Under the pieces are notes generated by a model that did no database searches, was not told the DNA's origin, and saw only the letters and a list, made by a program, of their open reading frames with translations. The position numbers and the translations under genes are program-made. A stretch of DNA of 63,610 bases, counting the filler, from Sluysia triapertura (lineage: Eukaryota): the NCBI GenBank assembly GCA_046118255.1. It is 5 parts of 5 records of this genome, joined end to end, with 100 filler letters (N's around TTAATTAATTAA, not from the genome) between each part and the next. Parts side by side here need not be neighbours in the genome. Positions count along the whole stretch, not along the records: positions 12,795 to 29,239 come from JBJNIA010203596.1; positions 29,340 to 40,202 come from JBJNIA010192417.1; positions 40,303 to 51,115 come from JBJNIA010193117.1; 2 more parts are not named here. One strand, written 5' to 3'. How positions within the stretch are numbered: the first letter of the stretch is position 1; each line of letters opens with the position of its first letter. Below, piece by piece: positions 26,622-41,110 of the stretch.

Positions 26622-28447
26622 CTAAAATTATATAAGCATTCACGTTTATTATTATTAGATTGAGGAAAAGTATTAAATAGTGCTTTTCTATGTCATGTTC
26701 AATGATGCCTCACAGTACAAACAATCTATTTTCAGATCAATGCAGGTCGTCGATTGGGGTCATTCAGCCCAGCAAGAATTTTTCGATTCAAAGATCAAAT
26801 TTGAAAGCTTGCAGAAGATCATGAACAGTGATGTTTGTTTGAATATTTTTTAATAAATATCATTTTAACTCGCCACTTTTCCGTCAATGTGTATTAACGA
26901 AAAAACTTACACTTTTTAATTTACCTTTCTAAAAAGTAATTTAACTATTGATTAATAGTAAACTTTTTAATTACTGGTATTTTCCGTGCTACACACAAAT
27001 ATCCAATGCCGATGTTGAAAATTGTCGATATTTCTAATCTCGAAATTAATTCTAATTCATAAATTGTTGCGTCTCGGGAATGGGTAGATTTTTAGCTCTA
27101 ATCAAAAAGGAAATTTTGAAGATTATTTGAATGTGATTGGACGGTATCGTCATTTGTATACGTATGTAGGTTAACTTTTACGTTCAGTCGTCGTCATTCT
27201 ATGTGCATGACAAACAATTTCTTATGTAGGATTCTATCTATTGTTGGATTGCAGAAGATATATGGGAAATTAATTAAACCATACCTTCAACAAGAAATCT
27301 CCTACAAATAAACATATCACCACGCGGTAATTTTGTTAAATTAGCAGAATATTTTGTTTATATTTTTAAACAACAGCAAAATATTTTTGAGCAGAGTCCG
27401 GTTACACCAAACAACTTATAGTATATTTTATCAGTGTAGTTAGAGTCTTAACCGTTTGAGTTCGGCACAACGCGATAGCGCTTTTCTTGTTTTCTATCGA
27501 TAATGCGAAGATGCTGCTGTTGGTTAGTATACTTTGCGCATTTATTGAGAACAGTTGTCGAGATATCAGTAGCAGTTTTTATATTTTTTGATCAAAATTA
27601 CTTGTTAAATAACAATTAGTGTTAATTATAACCATTTTCATTGTTTCCCCCAAAAAATACTACGCATTTCATCCCGCACTTTTAGCATATACATAAGAAA
27701 ATTCTCCAGCACTCAAACGATTAACAAATGTTCAAATAGTGAAATTTTCTCACAATTTTAATAATTTACTCTATATCTTTTAATAATTAAATAAAAATGA
27801 AAATATTATCTTTACTACACAAAAAAAAGTTTTCTAGCAATAACAAAGCAAAAGATCATAAAAAACAGTATCTTAGATATTAAAGTTCCAAGAGTGTTTA
27901 TTCCAATAACTGTATTATTTTGAGTACATATTACCCATCAATATATATATATATATATATATGTTGGGGACTTAATAATTAAAATAACTGAAAATTTAAA
28001 TCAACTTTATAATTTTAATTCGAAAGTTACCAAATTTATCAATGCATGGAATTGTAGATAAATCTAGTATTGCCCAACTGAATTTGGAATAGACTCTTAA
28101 TTGTGAACGGATTGCTAAAATTTCAAAATTACTCCAAAAGAATCGAAACGGTGACACTGCAAATTTGATGTAAAAATTGCACGAAATTCAAAATGGAGAT
28201 TTACAAATGGCGATTAACTAAACTAATGTTAATTTATATATTAGTCATCAGCCAATAAGAATCGAAGGAATATTCTAGAACATTCTAGAAGGTTCTATTC
28301 TATTTTTAGAATCTAGTTTTCTTTTTCTAAAAATAATTTCTTTTTTGGAAAATAAATATTTTTAAAGTGATTTTTAAAGCATTTTAGATGATTTATATGG
28401 AAAATATAAATTATAAAAATACCCCTAGAATAATATAAAGTTACCTA

Positions 28448-28910
28448 CAGTGTTGGCCAAATTGTTAGACTAAAGACCATTTGTGTTATAAAATTAAACC
28501 TTTTTTCAGAGATACTATGAAGCTGTTAATCAAAAGTGTATAAAAAATTGTCACGGAAATTGAAAAATGTTGGAAAATAACTACTTTCTCCAAAAAATTC
28601 TGGTGAAAGTAAAATAATAGATAAAAATACTTAGATTCAAAACAGAGAAATTTATCCCTTTTCTTATCCAATAATTTCCTGATCGTTAAAGGCGCATGCC
28701 ACGTATAAGATTGGGTCACAAGTCTTTGATCTCGTCATCGTGATGCCATACTTTTATCAGGGTTTCAATAAGCTCCGTTCTGGTGGTTGGTTTATGGATA
28801 GAAACAGATTTTCTATGGCGAGTTTCTATGCCAGGGTAGCAAATATTAAGAAAACCAAAGAAAAACATATTTTCCTGTTTCGGCCACCGCTGTGCATATC
28901 GTCACAACTC
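28448..28910 (-). mobile_element. Tc1-family remnant with one TIR
   Basis: TA|CAGTGTTGGCCAAA at 28446-28461 resembles the Tc1 TIR CAGTGCTGGCCAAA. The minus strand encodes KPTTRTELIETLIKVWHHDDEIKDL*PNLIRGM, a Tc1-type C-terminus. Confidence 0.75.
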
Positions 28911-29162
28911 CAATAATAATTAACAAGGCCATAATTAGAATAAACTACCCACTACATAAATATAGCCGATTTACAAATTCAAATCTCACGAAATATAATA
29001 TCAATTATGGCCACATAAAGGAAACCAAGGAAATAAGGTCATATTGAAACATAGTACATAGGAACCTTGATTCGCAAGTGGTACATAAGATGTACACATT
29101 GTTTAAGATATACAATTCGAAATATTTCCATACTTAGTAAAATGTAAAGCACATGTGGTCAC

Positions 29163-29239
<77 letters not shown>

Positions 29240-29339
29240 NNNNNNNNNNNNNNNNNNNNNNNNNNNNNNNNNNNNNNNNNNNNTTAATTAATTAANNNNN
29301 NNNNNNNNNNNNNNNNNNNNNNNNNNNNNNNNNNNNNNN

Positions 29340-29391
<52 letters not shown>

Positions 29392-29426
29392 TAATAATAA
29401 TAATAATAATAAACAAATAGAAATAC

Positions 29427-31875
29427 CTTTGGCCAAAACATGAGTAGAAATTTTTGGTGGGCGTCCACGTTTTCTCATCATTGGAGTATTTGGATTATTT
29501 GTTTCGTTTCCTTAAGAAATATTAAACATTAAAATATAGAAGAAATCATAAAAAATAATTTACTAATATTTGCGATATTTTATACAAAACGATATTTTAA
29601 TTTATATTAAATGACTAGCTTATTAAAAATAGTAAAAATGTAAATTGTAAAACCGTTTAAATAATTAACAAGTTTAAATAAAAAAAAGTTCTACGAAATA
29701 AATTAATGAGAAATTGGAAAACATGCATGATGTTTCATCTAATTCAAACATGGTAAACTATATGTTTTTATGCCAAATAATCAAGAAGTTAACGAACCAT
29801 TAGAAGTCTGAAGAGTCATTTATAAGTGAAATATATTTCACAGTTAAAAGATAAATAACTAAATATTTTATATATTTTGAAGAAAAAAATTAATATGTTT
29901 TTGATTTAAAAAATAAATTCAGAAATTAAAATATAATTTAGAGTAAAAATATTTATTTTAAATAATAAAAGTATTTAACCTACTAACGAGTGAATTTATA
30001 ATTGATGAGAAAGCAATGCTCCTGATACACTTCACGTGTTTCAATTTACAAAAGAAAATGATCAATAAAACGTGTTCACAATTAAGGGAGGTTTCTCTTG
30101 AATCGACCAATACAAAAAATATCCTTATCTTCATTAATAAAAGTAAACAAATCCCTTATTTAGTTAATGTAGCCATTAGGCTATATCTGTCCTGCAAAGA
30201 TTAATATTTAATTATCTATAAAATCAGTAGTAAATGTATATATTCAATGAAATTTATACTTTATCCATAGCAAATATCACAGTTATGTTGAATGAAAATA
30301 TTTTTAATTTCACTTATTCTTTTATTTCGGGTGACCTACATATATAATTACAAACCAACTGAAATTTGAGAAAAATAGTATGTCATTTTAAATACTAGAT
30401 GTTAAATAGAAATTAACTTTGAAATATGTATTTGATTTATAATTTTAAAACTGAATATCAGCTTAGAAATAAAATAAAATTCTACAGAAGCGATTTTTAT
30501 TTATTAAAACTAATCATTGTTATTGCATACCGAGGTAAAGGTTACCAAATTGTCCAATGTGACTACCGCTAGTAAAGGAATTTTTCGGAGATTGTTGACG
30601 TGATGAATCAACGCTATTGGAATTTGTATTTGTAGCATCGTAACGATTATTCGAATCACATTTTATTTCATTTGAAGATATCATCATCATCATACGTCGT
30701 CGTTTACCGCGATGATTATTAGACTTAATAAAACCATTTCCGTTGTAATTTTCAGTCTTGTGAACATGAAATTCATCATTATCATCGTCTTCATCATCTT
30801 CATCTTCTTCATCGTCATACTCATCATCATATTCATCATCATCATAATAATCTTCATCTTCATCATCACCAACATCGTCATTATCAACAATTTTTCCACC
30901 ATTTTTAGTTACACTATCTATATTATCATCTACATCATCTACATCATCTACATCATCATCTCCGTCATCTTCTCCATCATCTTCATCCACAATTCCTTTA
31001 TTATTTGCTTCTTCATTACCAGTACTATTATAAAAACTATTGCCAGCCATGAACTGGTTAACTGGTTCAGAAGGCTCATTCAATGATCTTGTACAATTGG
31101 AAATTGATGTCGAAGATAAAACTCCATTTGTCATTGGTGTAGGCTGATTTAATTTTCTTTTACGACTACCTGTAGCAGTAATAGAGTGACTTAACTTTTG
31201 AATTGAAGTTATTGAAGTAGTTGTAGTTGTGAGATTATTATTACATTTGTTATTAGTAGATACATTTTCAATGTAACCATTTGCATTCTTTACATCGTGT
31301 TTCTTAGTTGATAAATTAAGAGTAGGTTCTTCTGGAAGTACAATTAAGGTCCCATCAGACATGTGCATATTTGGTTCTCCTGTATTGATTGAATCATTTT
31401 TAACAATACTTATTGTTGTAGTCGTCTGAGATTTCTCGACAGAAGCAGCAGCAGCGGTGGCAGCAGCGGTAGAAGTAGCAACAGCAGAGATAGTAGTATT
31501 AGTATTAGTATTAGTAGTAGCAGTAGTAGTGGTGGTGGTGATCGTAGCAGTAGTAGTAGTAGTATTAGCAGTATTAGTAGTCGTTGGTTCCATTAATGAT
31601 GACGTTACTGCAGTGGAAGCAGACTGTATGGAAGTAAATGTGGTGGAAGATAAAGAAGTAAGTGTTTTGAGCAATTGTGCCGAATTGAACAAATCATCAG
31701 CAGTAACATTGTGATGTTGATTGTAGTGCATCATCAGATCAGCTGAATTATTAGTTTGATATGAGCAGAGTATACATTGTGTTGATGTGATTGTTGAACT
31801 TAAATTGGTAGTAGCATTATTCGATTGAGATGATTTTAAAGAAAATCTTTGAACTCCAATGCATAAAATAGGAGC
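29427..31875 (-). CDS. C2H2 zinc-finger / AT-hook protein with Thr-rich and acidic tracts; exons 31875-30531 and 29510-29427 (partial)
   Basis: CILCSYQTNNSADLMMHYNQHH. A phase-1 splice joins to GNETNNPNTPMMRKRGRPPK. Confidence 0.8.
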
Positions 31876-32449
31876 CTGTAACATATATAAAAAACATCTT
31901 TAAAATAAATTAAAAAATCAATGTTGAATATTAAAAATATTAATATTGCACTTATATAATACTTAAATATACGCAATTATTTATATTAAAACTCAAAAAC
32001 ACTAAAAGAACATCCAGAAACATCTCCAAATGACAAAATAGAAGCCATAAACCAATAGACAAATGTAAAAGAAAAAGCAGGACTCCACAAGACTTAATTA
32101 GCATCTAAAAATATTATGGATCCAAATTAGACATCAATAAAACGTGAAAAATTCACTAAAATGTGAATACTACACAAGCTAGCAAAGAGGATATAAATTA
32201 TACAATGTTAAAGTATTATACATAGTCAAAGTATAGCACCAAAACGAAAGCATGTACTATAATTAACTACTATATAGGAAAAATTGACTATATATAAGAT
32301 CCACTACGTGAGAATTATTATAGAATTAAATTGGTTAGAAAGAGAAATATTAAATACAGGGAAGATGACTATAGGGAGGATCTCATATAATGAAAATTAA
32401 ATAATTATTGACTATAAATTCTAAACAAAGAAAAATAGAATATAAAAAT

Positions 32450-32515
32450 AACGATTTTATTTGTAAGTTTGGTAAACGATTTTATTTGTAAGTTTGGTAA
32501 ACGATTTTACTTGAA
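32450..32515. repeat. 25-bp tandem repeat, ~2.5 copies
   Basis: AACGATTTTATTTGTAAGTTTGGTA repeated. Confidence 0.85.
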
Positions 32516-33439
32516 AGTGTTTTAATTTTGGCCCCTGCCAAACTTAATTAGCAAACCAGAATAGTGACGAATCGATTTTATTTCTTATAGTAAAAGAACT
32601 GTTTAAAATAAAAAAAACAAATACAATTATAATTATAATTTTGTTAAAATGAAAATAAAAAATAAGTAAAATATTTCATTAAGCGTCACAAATCTTTACT
32701 CATTTTTGTTTAAGAATTACCTATTGTTGAAATAGTAAATAAATATTCTATAAAAGTTTGTTACAAGCTACAAAGACGAGTTAAAAGTACTCAAGATATT
32801 GTTTAAAATATAAAGACAAACCAATTTTATAAATTAAATCAAAATAATCAAATGTTGAAATTTTTAATTAATTTTAAATACAATTAATTAATATATATAA
32901 AGTATGAACCCACACACTTTTATCATTTAAGTTGAAGGTTGTTCACAGACGAGAATCAGTGAATCCCTAGAAGGACAGTTGTATAAATTGCAGAGGTGGT
33001 TGTCAGTAAGAGTGATGAGTACGATAAAATTCCAACTCCCATTTCTGTAGTTTTGCCACAATCGTTTGTAGTCCAGCGTTATCATTAAATAAGATAAAAG
33101 TGGATATCCAGTTGGTAGCATTATATTTCTGTCATGATCGATGAGACAGGTTTCTTGAAATCATGATGGATCATAACTGCGCTACCTTCCATTTAATTTA
33201 AAGATAATTAAAATGTGTTAGTACAGTAAGATAAACATTAGTAAACAAATGGCATATCGAAAGTGAAAAGTGAGTTGAATATATACGTTTACTAAATATT
33301 ACTATTGAGTAAGCACATGATAGGATGATTCAACATAACAGTTATTCGGCATTAGTAGAAATTTTTGTGTAATGCTATTCTACATAAGTGCATCATTTTC
33401 AAGACACAATAAATGTCTTTTCTGCAATTCCAACTGGCA

Positions 33440-33670
33440 TTGTTGCAAATACAACTTTTATAGGAGTTATAAGATCAGACGTGTTTCGATAATACCAATT
33501 TATTATCGAATCCAATTTATTACTTTAGAATCCAAGAAATTGCGCACAATGAGCTAAATTATGGTGCTCCATCATGTTAGTAAATCATGCTTCTTCTCTG
33601 GTTTAATAAAGGTTACATCACTTTTTCCAATATTTTTCCTTCAAATTGCCCCTATCGACAGATCAAGTTC
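33440..33670 (-). mobile_element. mariner-like transposase remnant
   Basis: HDGAP, VRNFLDSKVINWI and W..R..SDL across frameshifts resemble QQDGAPxH..VRxFL..WIG..WPPRSPDL. Confidence 0.6.
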
Positions 33671-34139
33671 ACAGTTATTTTAAATAGATATTACAATAAT
33701 TTATACTTCATAAATTACTATACTTATTACTATACTTATATATTACTATTATATAATTATTATTATAATTATTGTCAAAAAAAAATTAAATTTATTTCAA
33801 ATACATTTCAAATATTAGTATTGGTTTCAACAATTATTTTCATTAAAACACAATATCGTATTAATAAAACTAATATTAGCATTTATGTAATTAATTTAAA
33901 GCAGCAATTATTTATTGTGTATCAACAATATTTACATTTAAATAATAATGTTATAGGTAAAAAAACTAGGAAATTCTTTTTAAAACACCGCTTATCGCAT
34001 TTTAAAATTTTATTTTATAATTATTTAAATAATGCAGTACAAAATATTGTTTTTAGATAATTATTTTTATATAAAATTTATTTTCAATTATAAATTCCCA
34101 AATGACTTAGTAAATGCAATTAATCAAAGCAAACGATTT

Positions 34140-34202
<63 letters not shown>

Positions 34203-34989
34203 GCAACAATAATTTTTTTACTATTAATAGCAATAGTAATAACACTATGCATTCATGTTATTTTGATACTCCTCTTTTATAGAAAATGGCATCTATACTT
34301 TTCTGTTAGTGGTGATAAAGAGTGTGGATGTCATCAGAAAATGGTATTTAGTAATCATAGATAGTAAATATCTAAGAAGCGACAGGATGTTACGTGAGAG
34401 GTGATGTTAAATTATGGAATAATTTTAATTAGACTTAACGAATCTTATTGACCTTGATGCAATCTTATGTATGTAACTTGAATGAATTTTAATGTTGGAA
34501 TTGAACGTATATTTGTCAACATATCTTTGTTTTAAATTAAAATGACGCATTATAAATTAAGAAACGAGAACTTAATTTTAAATGTTTCTTTGTATAAAAT
34601 CTTAGTTATCTTTTGAGTTATCTTAAAATCATATTGGTTCTTTTTCTATCTTTATATAGATAAGTTCTGATAAAAATATTTTATAAAATTGAATAGTTTA
34701 TAAGAATGGCTACGGTTTATTTCAATCTTAATTCCTATAGCCAATTTTAATTCATCCATGAATGATCTTAACATTAACATTAATTTACAACAATCATCTC
34801 TAAAAAGGCGCATAATTTTAACTTTTAATTGAAAAGGAAAGATATTTGCCCACTTAACAAATCAAAGACAAATGGAATTCAGGATACACAAATTAATAAT
34901 TTTACGTAAGAGTTATATATAAATTAAACTACTCACTAAAATACTGTCAGCAATAATCAAGAAATTAAAAAAGGAATCGTCTAACACTT

Positions 34990-36150
34990 TGAGATGAATC
35001 TGATAAAATTTTTGAAATTTCTATTATACTTTCTTGACTTAGGAAGTGCACTCAGACTTAGTCGGGTGGATGTTAACATCGACTAACATCATCTGGGAAA
35101 TTGTAAATGAATAAAAAGACAGACTTCGATTTGTAGCTACAAAGGAATTAGAATATAAGGCCTCAATTAACTTTTTAATCGTATTTATTCGATTAGAATC
35201 TAAAAAATGAATGTGACATTCAATTTCATTCTTTGTTTTTTAATACTTTGAACCTCTTTACCAATAACATGACTGTGATGAGTATATATTTGTAGTAACT
35301 CGAAAATTCTGGTTAGTAATCATCTTAGAAACTTGATTCCTTTCGTGGATACACTTTTGTTTACTAAAGTCAGAATTAAAACGCTGACAATCATTCTTAA
35401 TAATGACAAAACTTTGAATAGGAAATGCTAACTGATGCAGTTTATTCGGTCATCATTATTTTGTGCATTTTTTAAATCTACAAATTACATTTCCACAAAT
35501 TAGATCTTTAAATAACTTCTGACATTTATCTCATCTATTCTTGCCAGTTTCAACTGCTCCACAATTTCACAAAATTTCAAATTTTGTTCAGCAACCAACA
35601 CCTTGTAATAATAATAAATTAAGCCTAAATATTATAGTTTTGTAACCGCAATCAAACGCTTCCACTGTTTAGTTGGACTAACAATGAAAATCGTACATTT
35701 TCACTTTTAATCACACTTTGACCTTGCATAAAAATTATTTATTTGAAAAGCTGTATTATTGATCGCACGTTGAGTTTTCAAAAGCACATTCATGAGCTTA
35801 TACCAGCATTATCAGGCTAAGCATTCTATAACTGATGATGGAAGAAGAACACTAAAAATGAGTGCCTGCTGCTTTTGCACTATCTGATTCTAGTCTTTTC
35901 TGTTACGACTTAAATTGCAATGAGAGTACTTGACGTTAAAAAGTTTATAAGCTTCTTCAAATTTAATATCGTGAGACACACTGGATCTTTTTTGATCTTC
36001 ATTTAAAGTTATTAATAATTGTAATTATGAATAATAAAGTTTTATTGATGCCAAGAAAATAAAGATAGATGAAACAAATTTTCTTAGATCTGAATAGATT
36101 CTTTATATTGAATAAGAATTGCAGGAAATCTCTATAACTTTACTTGAAAA
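34990..36150 (-). pseudogene. MLH1: Decayed MutL/MLH1-like N-terminal half, cargo of copy B
   Basis: IKKLIEALYSNSF..LSFIHLQFP and VDVNIHPTKSE/VHFLSQESIIE (35083-35015, 1-nt frameshift) match MLH1 [22 protein letters not shown]. Similarity upstream is weaker but colinear. Many stops. Confidence 0.75.
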
Positions 36151-36975
36151 CAAATATGTAATACTTTTACCAAAAAAATTACTAATTAATGAAATTGAAT
36201 AATATGTATTTATTATTATATAAACTTTACTTACATAATCATACAAATTAAGAAATATTTTGTTCAATCAATATATTTTCTTAATGAATTGGAAGCTAAG
36301 TAGCCAATTTACATTTCATTGGGCAATAAAGTTTTCTGAACACAATGTCGATGATATTATTGATGATAATCTCCTTGGTATTTATNNNNNNNNNNNNNNN
36401 NNNNNNNNNNNNNNNNNNNNNNNNNNNNNNNNNNNNNNNNNNNNNNNNNNNNNNNNNNNNNNNNNNNNNNNNNNNNNNNNNNNNNNNNNNNNNNNNNNNN
36501 NNNNNNNNNNNNNNNNNNNNNNNNNNTTAAATATAATTTATATATCTTACTAAATTATTTAATAAAAAGGCAAATATTTTCTATTTTTGAATATTAAAGT
36601 TCTTATTATACCTTATGTTGTATGAATGTAAAGATTTATTATTTCGAATAAATGTTTCAAGTACTTAATATAATATTTTATAATAGTGGGTAAGTTTTGA
36701 TTTTGTTGCGTAAAAATGAATGTAATGTTGTTTAATTGTTTAGTTGTACATTGGAGAAATATAACAAGGTTTTGAATTGTCTAATTGAAAAGCAATTAAC
36801 AAAGTAAAACATGATCTTAAGGGTATGAGATTTAAGATATAGAATGAAAGAGTTTTTAAGTTGTAATTAATGTGTCTGATAGATTTGATCGAATGAATGT
36901 TTAGAATTGAATTGTTTTTGAATAATTTGTGTTTTTGTGAAAAATAAAACTGTAGCTCTATAGTGAGCCACCACA
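34990..36975 (-). mobile_element. Cargo-family element (copy B); distal end not fixed; spans an N gap
   Basis: Terminus TGTGGTGGCTCAC at 36975(-), G-poor leader at 36590-36960, CCAAT cluster at ~36285-36325, then the MLH1-like sequence. Confidence 0.65.
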
Positions 36976-37259
36976 ATTTTATGTGCCCAAACTATACTTT
37001 CATATATTGCAATTCACTTTGACGAGATGATATTAACTATTTAATTTCTTAAAAATAATACATAATTCACAAGAATACATTTTAATTCAAATATTTTCCT
37101 GCTTCTTTGTGTATATATAATATATATAAATTCAATAAAGTTTAAGAAATCAATACTGATTATAAATTATTCTAAGTTTAACTCATTTAAGTTAACACAA
37201 ATTTGTGTGAGATAAACTTATAAAACTATTGCAATTCTAACATAATTAAAATGAAAATT

Positions 37260-37800
37260 TAATATTATGTCAGAATTGTAAGAACATGGAAGAAAATATT
37301 AATTGTATTGTTAAAAAGTGTAAATATCAATTAAATAAAATGTCACATATTCGAAAATTTATTAATAAAGAAACAGCTAAACTTATTGTTCATTCATTGA
37401 TAACTAACAACAACATAGATTTCAACAATTTAATATATAAAAGTGAAAAAATTACAATCAAGCAGCAAACTAATATTCTCCGAGTTGGAAGAAGATCTTA
37501 AAGAATTACATTAGTTGCCAATAAAAGCAAGAACAGAATTCAAAATCATGATAATAATTTACAAATGCTTACATTACGGAAGTGCTGAATATCTCTTAGA
37601 AATAATAAAAATTTGGAAATGAAGATGAATATTTCATTGAGACATAATGATAATATATACAGAATCCACATTGATAATAGCAGCTAGATGATAGGTTGTA
37701 TAGTGTTTATGTTTCAAAAATACACAACCAGTACTACCATAGAATGTCAAATTACTGGAAGATTATGAAATATTTAAGAAAAGTTGTTTCTGTTTCAGAA
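37260..37800 (+). mobile_element. CR1/L2-group LINE 3' remnant; an inverted related copy lies at ~38020-38930
   Basis: INCIVKKCKYQLNKMSHIRKFINKETAKLIVHSLI..IDFNN resembles the LINE ORF2 post-RT region. 38857-38900 is the reverse complement of 37345-37385. Confidence 0.7.
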
Positions 37801-38339
37801 ATATTCTGTTTCAGTAATTACTTTGTAGCAGATATGAGCGCAATATAAATTAATATTATTATTATAATGTTCTAGTATTTTGTATATTTTTGAAGCAACT
37901 TCTTTATCATTTATCAATGTATTTTCTGTATGAATTGTTATGAATAGTTATATTCATATTATTTTACGACTTCCACAATTACTGTCAAATTGAATCTCAC
38001 TTTCGTAATGTAATCATTTGTAATTATTGTCATGATTTTGAATTCTACTCGTCCTTTTAATTCTTTAAGATAAGGTGCTATGTGAAATTTATTCTTATTA
38101 ATTGATTCAATAATGATTCAATTTTCGCACTTTTCTGAGTACAATATACAATTGTTAAAATCTGTATTATTAGTTATCAACGAATAAATAAACACAGTCA
38201 GACCTATTCATAACAAACACAACATGTTTTGAAAAAATGGAAGCGTGCGCTTCAAGAATAATATATAAATAACCTCAAAAAACATTTTGTTGTAATATTA
38301 AATTTATTAAAATTTACTTCTTATTTTTCAACCCTTCCA

Positions 38340-38720
38340 TGAAAGCGTGGTATTATCAGAAAAAATTCAGATTTTCAAATCAAATGAAGATATTTTATAC
38401 TGTCAAAGAGATCTGAAGCGAAATTTAATATTCCTATTGGAGTCATAAACAAAATTCTTAAAAATAAAAATGATTTGAAAGTACTCCACTTTAAAAATTG
38501 ATAGCTTAGTGTGTGACAGTGGTTTGTTAAGAAAAGACACAAAAACTTCATTATATCTGGCGACATGATCAAGACTGTGGCACTACGAATTGCAAGTAAA
38601 ATTGGAAAGGATACTTTTAAAGCTTCAAATGGATGGGTTGAATGTTTAAAAAGCAGACGTAATGTCAACTCAAAAGTTATTTCAGTTGAAGAAAGTGAAT
38701 TTCAGAAAATAAATATTGCA
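38340..38720 (+). mobile_element. pogo/Tigger (CENP-B HTH) transposase remnant
   Basis: QWFVKKR..ISGDMIKTVALRIASKIGKDTFKASNGWVECLKSR. Confidence 0.85.
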
Positions 38721-40126
38721 GCATATTTTTGTTTAATGAATAAATGTTTATTAGATTGTTATTTTTTAAAGAACAAGTTGGTGATCGCTATATAGAGGTC
38801 ATTGAATGTAACATACCATTGTTAAAATATATATTTAGTTATCAATTAATGAATAATTAGTTTAGCTGTTTCTTTATTAATAAATTTTCGAATATGTGAT
38901 AATTGTCTCATTTGTCATTTGTTGCTAACTTGACGATATATAAGATGACAATGAGTCATTCGTTTATGAAATATTGAATCACAAATTAATTTTTGGAAGT
39001 AATTGTTCAGTTTATAATAATTTTATAAATAATGATTTATGATATTTGTAAATAACCCGCTGCTATTTTCTTTTCAGTAAGTAACGAAGAGAGAAAGTCC
39101 GTATTTTAATGTACATGATTTAGGTTATCTCAATTCCATTCAGTCTATTTAGTTCTTTGAAAAATATTGACGATCTTATTGCCTGGAAAGATCATGATGT
39201 CGAAAAAGCAAAAAATATTTTCTTGACTTTTCAAAAAGCGTTCGAAAGTTCAACAATTATCTACTAGCACATACTGGGAAAGAAGCATTGCGAAGAAAGG
39301 ATACACTTCCAGAAATTTGGAAGTAATTGAAACTGCTCGCAATGTATTACGAGATATGTAATATAATATAATTCGTAATAAAATATTTTCATAAATAAAA
39401 GAATTGTCTAAAGCGAAATTGATTGGAATATATATTGTATATATAAAACGAAAGAGGTAGAATTATTGTTAATGCAAACAACACCAAATTATTTTCACGA
39501 TGATAAATGCATAATAAAATTATTTATAGAAACAAATTGGCCATATAAATAATTTAATTATAGAATTTTCAACTAATGTGCCAGAAAGATGTGCAAGCGC
39601 ATAACTATTACAGCTTTAAATATGGGCTTGAAGTGTGCACCCGGAAACTTGTACAAAATATGTGTGCAATCAATTAAACAAGTAAAATTCGTTTAAAGTG
39701 ATCTCGTGTGCCATGACAAGAAATAGATTGATAATCATTATTGGCATTAGAAATTAAATTGTTGTTGCTGTTGTTTTCTTTTTTGTTCTATTGCTACAAA
39801 ATGCGTCGTCGCGTGTAGTGAGTTGAGACGATGATAAGAATAATAATATATAATTATTTTTTATGAAATATATTTTGTAAATATTTCTTTTTCAATAATT
39901 TATTAAATAATTTTATCAAATAAATAAATGGATTAAATAAATGTAATGAATTTTATTTTTGAAAAACGAATATTGATTCATAAATTCGGATAATTCGCAT
40001 ATATAATACATATTCATGAAATAATAATAAATATTATTATTAATTTTTTATATAAATTTCTATTGTAAACTCGTAAATCATTAAAAAATGAAAATTAGTT
40101 ATCTAAACTGTAACTATCATAAATCA

Positions 40127-40183
<57 letters not shown>

Positions 40184-40302
40184 CATCATCATCATCATCA
40201 TCNNNNNNNNNNNNNNNNNNNNNNNNNNNNNNNNNNNNNNNNNNNNTTAATTAATTAANNNNNNNNNNNNNNNNNNNNNNNNNNNNNNNNNNNNNNNNNN
40301 NN

Positions 40303-41110
40303 GGAGAAATAGTTAATTATAAATTACAAACACAAATAAACATGATATCAGATGATAAGCCAAGAAATAAGAACATAAAACTTCGAAGAAATATTGAAGA
40401 TGAAGAAGATTACGAAGAAATATAAATAAGGATTATAATTTAACTAAACAACAAAAAGGGACATTATATAAAGTAATCTATAGATATCCATGGGCGATTG
40501 TAAGAAATAAATATGATATTGGAGATTCCGTCATAATAAAACATGAAATTCCGTTAATAGAAGATAGAGTAATCAGAAAGAAACCTTATAGAATCCCATT
40601 ATGTAATCAACTGGAGATGAAAGATCAAATAGATACAATGAAAAAGGCTGGAGTAATTAGACCAAGCTTTTCTCCATTTTCATCACCGGTATTATTAGTT
40701 AAGAAAACAGATGGAACTATGAGATTCTGCATAGATTTTAGAGAATTAAATAATGTTACAAGAAAAGATGTATTTCCATTACCAAGAATCGATGAGATGT
40801 TAGATAAATTAGGAAATGCTAAATATTTTACTACATTAGATCTGCAGAGTGGTTATTGGCAAATTGAAATAGCTGAGAAAGATAAACATAAAACAGCATT
40901 TTCCTGTGGAGATGAATTATATGAATGTGAGAAGATGCCATTTGTATTAACAGGTGCACTGGCAACATTTTAAAGATGTATGAATTTCGTATTATCCGGT
41001 TGTAAGAATGTTATGGTTTATATTGATGATATAATAATATTTTCGAAAGATTTTGATATTCATGTAGTAGATATAGATAACACACTTAAAAGACTTGAAG
41101 TAGCAAGATT
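40303..41110 (+). mobile_element. pol: Ty3/gypsy reverse transcriptase fragment (pseudogene)
   Basis: IRPSFSPFSSPVLLVKKTDGTMRFCIDFRELN, LDLQSGYWQI and MPF, then an in-frame stop, then VYIDDIIIFS. Confidence 0.95.

Noticed and set aside
29425-29445. TTTGGCCAAAACA as the second Tc1 TIR
   Set aside because: Poor match, inside a coding exon and across an artificial join.
30690-31714. ORFs 30690-30902, 30712-31086 and 31457-31714 rich in M/I/V
   Set aside because: Shadow frames of the trinucleotide-rich zinc-finger exon.
34032-34364. Poly-Ile 'membrane' ORF, also poly-Tyr in 29284-29481
   Set aside because: Translations of (AAT)n microsatellites.
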